This document shows positions 59,201-64,000 of a DNA stretch of 64,000 nucleotides, in pieces. Within the stretch, counting starts at the first letter, position 1; each line of letters starts with the position of its first letter. Under the pieces are notes generated by a model, which was given only the letters and a program-made list of their open reading frames with translations, did no database searches and was not told where the DNA came from. The stretch comes from Macrostomum hystrix (taxonomy: Eukaryota > Animalia > Platyhelminthes), in the NCBI GenBank assembly GCA_950097015.1, contig CATNEN010000006.1, positions 310,001 through 374,000 on the forward strand, given 5' to 3'. Position numbers and translations under genes: made by a program.

Positions 59201-62200
59201 CCCAATCAATCACTGTCCATCTCACACAAAAATCCCAAATAAATCACCGTCGATATTTCACACTAAAATCCCCAATTAATCACTGTCCATCTCACACTAA
59301 AATCCCCAATCAATCACTGTCCATCTCACACAAAAATCCCAAATAAATCCCAGTCGATATTTCACACTAAAATCCCCAATTAATCACTGTCCATCTCACA
59401 CTAAAATCCCCAATTAATCACTGTCCATCTCACACTAAAATCCCCAATTAATCACTGTCCATCTCACACTAAAATCCCCAATTAATCACTGTCCATCTCA
59501 CACTAAAATCCCCAATCAATCACTGTCCATCTCACACTAAAATCCCCAATTAATCACTGTCCATCTCACACTAAAATCCCCAATTAATCACTGTCCATCT
59601 CACACTAAAATCCCCAATTAATCACTGTCCATCTCACACTAAAATCCCCAATTAATCACTGTCCATCTCACACTAAAATCCCCAATTAATCACTGTCCAT
59701 CTCACACTAAAATCCCCAATTAATCACTGTCCATCTCACACTAAAATCCCCAATAAATCCCAGTCCGTCTCACACAAAAATCCCAAATAAATCCCAGTCG
59801 ATATTTCACACTAAAATCCCCAATCAATCGCTGTCCATCTCACACAAAAATCCCAAATAAATCCCAGTCGATATCTCACACTATAATCCCCAATTAATCA
59901 CTGTCCATCTCACACAAAAATCCCAAATAAATCCCAGTCGATATTTCACACTAAAATCCCCAATCAATCACTGTCCATCTCACACTAAAATCCCCAATTA
60001 ATCACTGTCCATCTCACACTAAAATCCCCAATTAATCACTGTCCATCTCACACTAAAATCCCCAATTAATCACTGTCCATCTCACACTAAAATCCCCAAT
60101 TAATCACTGTCCATCTCACACTAAAATCCCCAATTAATCACTGTCCATCTCACACTAAAATCCCCAATAAATCCCAGTCCATCTCACACTAAAATCCCCA
60201 ATAAATCCCAGTCCATCGCACGCAGAAATACAATAACAATCTCAGACACTTAAACAAAAATTTCCCTGAAAATGGGCTCACCCGGTGGCGCCACCATCCT
60301 CTGCCACTTCTGAAACAGAGTGGTCTTCAAGCAGTCCCTCGGATGCAGGCCATAGGCCTTCTGTCGGCTCATAAGTTCCTGCATCGGCTCAAGAATGACG
60401 CATAGCCGAAGGAAGTGCAGCGTGTGATTTGTGACTCCCTGGCGGGTGATGTTGTGCGACATCTGGTCCAGCAGTACAGGATCCTGCGTCAAGTGCGTTA
60501 ACTGCGTCGCTTAGTCTAATTCATTCTCTAGATAGTCTATGAAGACTTAATAGACAAGGGAAATTCCTTAACAACACAGTTGTCAACACTGGTTTCCTAG
60601 ACAACCAGTAGACCCCTTGTCAATATGGTTCACATCGAATGGAAATCCCATGCGAAACTATCTGAAAATATGCTGGATAATTTTTTGACAAACAGTCAAA
60701 CAAAGACGTGAAAAATCTCTTGAACGCACAGAGCTAAAAAATGGAAATCACCCGCTAATTAAGTACTAAGAATACACGGGAATTCCGCACGTAAATAACA
60801 GTAAAAGAACACGGGAATCCACACCCTTACAAGCACAGAAAAATACACGGGAATCCCCAATGAAAATGGTTCTAAAAATAAACTGGAATCTCCTATGTAC
60901 ATAGTTCTTAAAATACGTGAGATTCCCCAATTCACAAAGTACAATAAATACTGGAAATTCCCTCCAAACCTGTACTTAAATAACAAGCAAATTCCTCAAA
61001 AAAACTTTAGTAAACTCTCAATCGATAGCACACAGAAGAAGACACCCAATCAGCAGGCAAACCTGATGCGAGCTGACGGCCTGTCTGGGGATCATCTCTC
61101 GGCAACTGCGTATCTGAAACAGCCAACTCCTGATGCGCATCATGTCGTCGAAGGTGAACTCCAGCAGCAGGCGACCCTCCGTCACCACATTGGTTAGCAT
61201 CGGCCGCACGTGGGTCGCGTGCATCTCTCCCCGCTCGCAGTCCAGTGTCAGGCTGGTGTTGTGAAATGACTCCCTGGCGTTCTTCAGGAATATGTACAGG
61301 TCTGCGACTCCGCCGTCGAAGATGCTGCGAAAGTAGCGCGGAATCAGAGTACGCCCAATCGCTGCAGGGTAGGAGTGGGGCGGCTGCGTTTGCGAAATAC
61401 CCATCCTCAGCTGCTGCTATTCCTCCTCATCTGCCTCTCTCCCTCCTAACCTGTCACTCTCCCTCCTCACCTGCCACTCTCCCTGCTCACCTGCCACTCT
61501 CCCTCCTCACCTGCCACTCTCCCTGCTCACCTGCCACTCTCCCTCCTCACCTGCCACTCTCCCTTCTCACCTGCCACCCTCCATTCTCATCTGCCACTCT
61601 CCCTTCTCATCTGCCACTCTCCCTCCTGACCTGCCACTCTTCCTTCTCACCTGCCACCCTCCATTCTCATCTGCCACATTCCCTTCTCATCTGCCACTCT
61701 CCCTCCTAACCTGCCACTCTCCCTCCTCACCTGCCACTCTCCCTGCTCACCTGCCACTCTCCCTCCTCACCTGCCACTCTCCCTCCTCACCTGCCACTCT
61801 CCCTTCTCACCTGCCACTCTCCCTCCTCACCTGCCACTCTCCCTCCTGACCTGCCACTCTCCCTCCTCACCTGCCACCCCACAGCAAAGTTCTAACGCAA
61901 ATTGACTCAATCCTCTCACAGAATCTCCTGGGTCCCTCATCCAGCAGTAGCTGAATAGTGAGCACTGAGTCGTCTTCAAAGAATTCCGTCGCAAATTGAT
62001 CCCACCAGAGATTTTGACCATCGCTGTCGATCTAAAATAGAAAATTTAATATAAAATCATAACTTAATTTTTTATTACTAAGAACATTATCAACTCGTTC
62101 TCTCACCTCAGGCCTCTGCTGCAGGCGTTTGTTCATGTCGTGAATACGGACATCCGGTGTACCCATCATATATGGTTGCGGCAGGGGCGGCGGTGGCGGT

Positions 62201-62421
62201 AACGGAGATCTGAAAAATGGTGGCATGGGTGGACTCGGATGGAACATCGGCTGCTGCTGCTGCTGCTGCTGCTGCGATACAAAATGTGAATGCGGCGACG
62301 GCGGCGGCCCAAGCATCGACATCATTGGTCCGGCGAATGACACGGGCGACATGGCCGAAGGAGTCGGCGGCGGCGGCGGCGGCATGGCGTGATGCGCCAG
62401 CCTGCCCTGAGCCTCCATCAT
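52987..62421 (-). CDS. LDB: LIM-domain-binding protein (LDB1/LDB2/Chip family)
   Basis: complement(join(52987..53279,54902..55226,58415..58644,60282..60483,61063..61361,61920..62031,62107..62421)); about 591 aa with consistent phases. Dimerisation domain: RIHDMNKRLQ, WWDQFATEFFEDD, IGRTLIPRYFRSIFDGG, EGRLLLEFTFDDMMRI. LCCD: LRLCVILEPMQELMSR, RDCLKTTLFQKWQRMVAPP. NLS: KKRKRK. LIM-interaction domain: DVMIVGEPTLMGGDFGVEDERLITRLEN. Confidence 0.95.
53300..54850. repeat. 18-bp minisatellite filling the last LDB intron
   Basis: unit tgaccta(c/t)ctgatc(t/a)cta; contains a 564-bp internal duplication. Confidence 0.96.
54902..55226 (-). CDS. LDB: LDB exon: LIM-interaction domain
   Basis: atttag|GAC GTG ATG ATT...; read-through of the donor gives a stop at 54888. 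Confidence 0.93.
55335..55830. repeat. 68-bp minisatellite in LDB intron
   Basis: unit tgattggtcgccaccacaaaccgctttagtgattgttattctcttaccaccttgttctttctcaattg, about 7 identical copies. Confidence 0.97.
56405..57665. repeat. 20-bp minisatellite in LDB intron
   Basis: unit ttttcact(c/t)ccgat(t/c)tg(t/c)ca-type, e.g. ttttcactcccgatttgtca. Confidence 0.97.
58415..58644 (-). CDS. LDB: LDB exon: NLS and poly-Q
   Basis: tttcag|AA TCG...GGG|gtgagt; SSRAQGKKRKRK...Q23. Confidence 0.88.
59040..60220. repeat. 34-bp minisatellite in LDB intron
   Basis: unit cacactaaaatccccaattaatcactgtccatct. Confidence 0.96.
60282..60483 (-). CDS. LDB: LDB exon: LCCD
   Basis: acgcag|GAT CCT...G|gtgagc. Confidence 0.95.
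61063..61361 (-). CDS. LDB: LDB exon: dimerisation domain
   Basis: ctgcag|CG ATT GGG...CAG|gtttgc. Confidence 0.95.
61415..61875. repeat. 20-bp minisatellite in LDB intron
   Basis: unit ctcacctgccactctccctc. Confidence 0.95.
61920..62031 (-). CDS. LDB: LDB exon: dimerisation domain, absent from the ORF track in this frame
   Basis: ttttag|ATC GAC...T|gtgaga; NLWWDQFATEFFEDDSVLTIQLLLDEGPRRF. Confidence 0.95.
62107..62421 (-). CDS. LDB: LDB first coding exon: Pro/Gln-rich N-terminus
   Basis: cccag|tctccggcATGATG...GAG|gtgaga; ends PDVRIHDMNKRLQQRPE; the true start may lie in an upstream exon. Confidence 0.85.
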
Positions 62422-63159
62422 GCCGGAGACTGGGACAATTATTTTCTTGTTTAACAAACTGCAACCTCCTCGCTAGAGAGAGAGATTCCCAAAAATCTCG
62501 GATGTCTCAAAACTGCTGGGGACCAGTTTGATATGGTCGATTGAGTTGCGTCGATTCAACCCACCCGATGACGATAGGCGGACGATGAGGAAGCCACCGT
62601 TGAGTCTGCTGGGTGAGCCGCTGGTAAGAGAGGGTGCGTGGCCCGGGGGGTGTTTATTGGGGGGCCGAGGAGTGCGGAGGTGGCGGCGGGCGGGGTGGGG
62701 ACTGGGCCTGCGCCACGTGAGGGGCAGATTTTGAGTAGGGGGGTGGGGGTGAGAGACGGAATGGGGTTAAAGGCAAGGAGTAAAACAGAGAGGGATGGCC
62801 AGAGAAGAGAAAGACGACAAGACTAAACTTCCAGCGTACTAAGAGCAGCTCACACACTAGCCTACCCAAAGCATCCCGGCAGCACCGGGGCTGCTGTAAA
62901 TATTTTTGTTGCTTCATAATTTCCAATTCGAACCCGTATTTGAGCAGCAAAACCGAAATCTGACTTTAAAAAAGACTAGCACGGTGAAAAAGGCCCGTTG
63001 TATTTAGAGGTCCGACGGAAGAACTAAACCGATGAAGACTTTACCAGTTCTTAACTCTAATTTGTGATTCACATCACTTCACCCTCTGAAAACAAAATAA
63101 TTCAGTTCGTTTGTGGAGTAGAAACTTCTGCTTCATGGAAGTAACCAATTGATCGGTCA

Positions 63160-63435
63160 ACCACCTCACTACTATTGGCCTTCTGCAAGCAGCCACCTCA
63201 CTCCCCTTGGCCTTTTGCAAGCAGCCACCTCACTCCTTTTGGCCTTCTGCAAGCAACCACCTCACTCCTATTGGCCTTCTGCTAGCAGCCACCTCACTCC
63301 AGTTGGCCTTCTGCAAGCAGCCACCTCACTCCCCTTGGCCTTTTGCAAGCAGCCACCTCACTCCTTTTTGCCTTCTGCTAGCAGCCACCTCACTCCAGTT
63401 GGTCTTCTGCTAGCAGCCACCTCACTCCAATTGGC
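63160..63435. repeat. 32-bp minisatellite upstream of LDB
   Basis: unit gcagccacctcactcc..ttggccttctgcaa. Confidence 0.92.
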
Positions 63436-63814
63436 CTTTAACGGGCAGCCAGCCAGTCTAGAGAAAGACAAAGAAAATCGGCAGAGTCGAGGACACGCGG
63501 ATTGAACAGATTTGGCGCCTCAAATCAATCTTCTTCCCGTTGTTTATTACGCTCTGAACGCGGCTTTAAAAGATCTACGTATTACACTATAGAACATTCG
63601 ACATATTTATCGTTACTATTTTCTCCCTCGCTCTATTCCACAGGGAGATGTTGGCTTGACTTGTCGGGTTGTGGGAAGAGAATGAGTGAGTGAGGGAGAA
63701 TTTTATCCCCTCCCCCAACGCCGAGACTCAGCATCATTTTGTCTATTGGAGAAAACATGTTGCCAGACTTTCAATCCTAAATCCTATTTGGCTATTCCTC
63801 CGTCTCTCGTTCTC

Positions 63815-63815
<1 letters not shown>

Positions 63816-63859
<44 letters not shown>
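63816..63859. repeat. (CAG)n trinucleotide microsatellite
   Basis: about 14 perfect repeats. Confidence 0.95.
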
Positions 63860-63860
<1 letters not shown>

Positions 63861-64000
63861 TGTCTCTTTGTGTGGGTGCCGGTTTCAACTACAAACTAAC
63901 AACATCTGAACGCAGGCTTGGGGATGGCATGCCTTTTTCCTCTCTTCCTCTCCCTTCCTCCCTAGAGGGGAAGAGAAACTAACGCGCGTGTGTGAGCGAG

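Overview
Metazoan eukaryotic genomic DNA with spliceosomal GT-AG introns; nothing prokaryotic and no CRISPR. I reconstructed three conserved multi-exon genes by hand, with consistent intron phases. (1) A p90 ribosomal S6 kinase (RSK/RPS6KA family) on +, 5'-partial, about 792/1245-9789. (2) A plexin-domain-containing type I membrane protein (PLXDC/TEM7 family) on -, 23216-12505, convergent with RSK. (3) A LIM-domain-binding protein (LDB/Chip family) on -, 62421-52987. There is also an orphan single-exon ORF shaped like a secreted prepro-peptide (46577-46810), two copies of a tRNA-headed SINE-like repeat, and an internally deleted non-LTR retrotransposon relic. About half of the window (rough hand estimate) consists of more than 30 micro/minisatellite arrays, nearly all with a different unit, and they fill almost every intron longer than 400 nt. 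This architecture, GC-rich exons and poly-Q/poly-A tracts suggest the flatworm Macrostomum, which is an inference and not a search result. Most long ORFs in the supplied track are repeat artefacts. The most notable observation is a pair of inverted, variant-sharing 20-bp minisatellite arrays that bracket a 432-nt, frame-symmetric four-exon cassette of PLXDC, an arrangement that could drive back-splicing or exon skipping.
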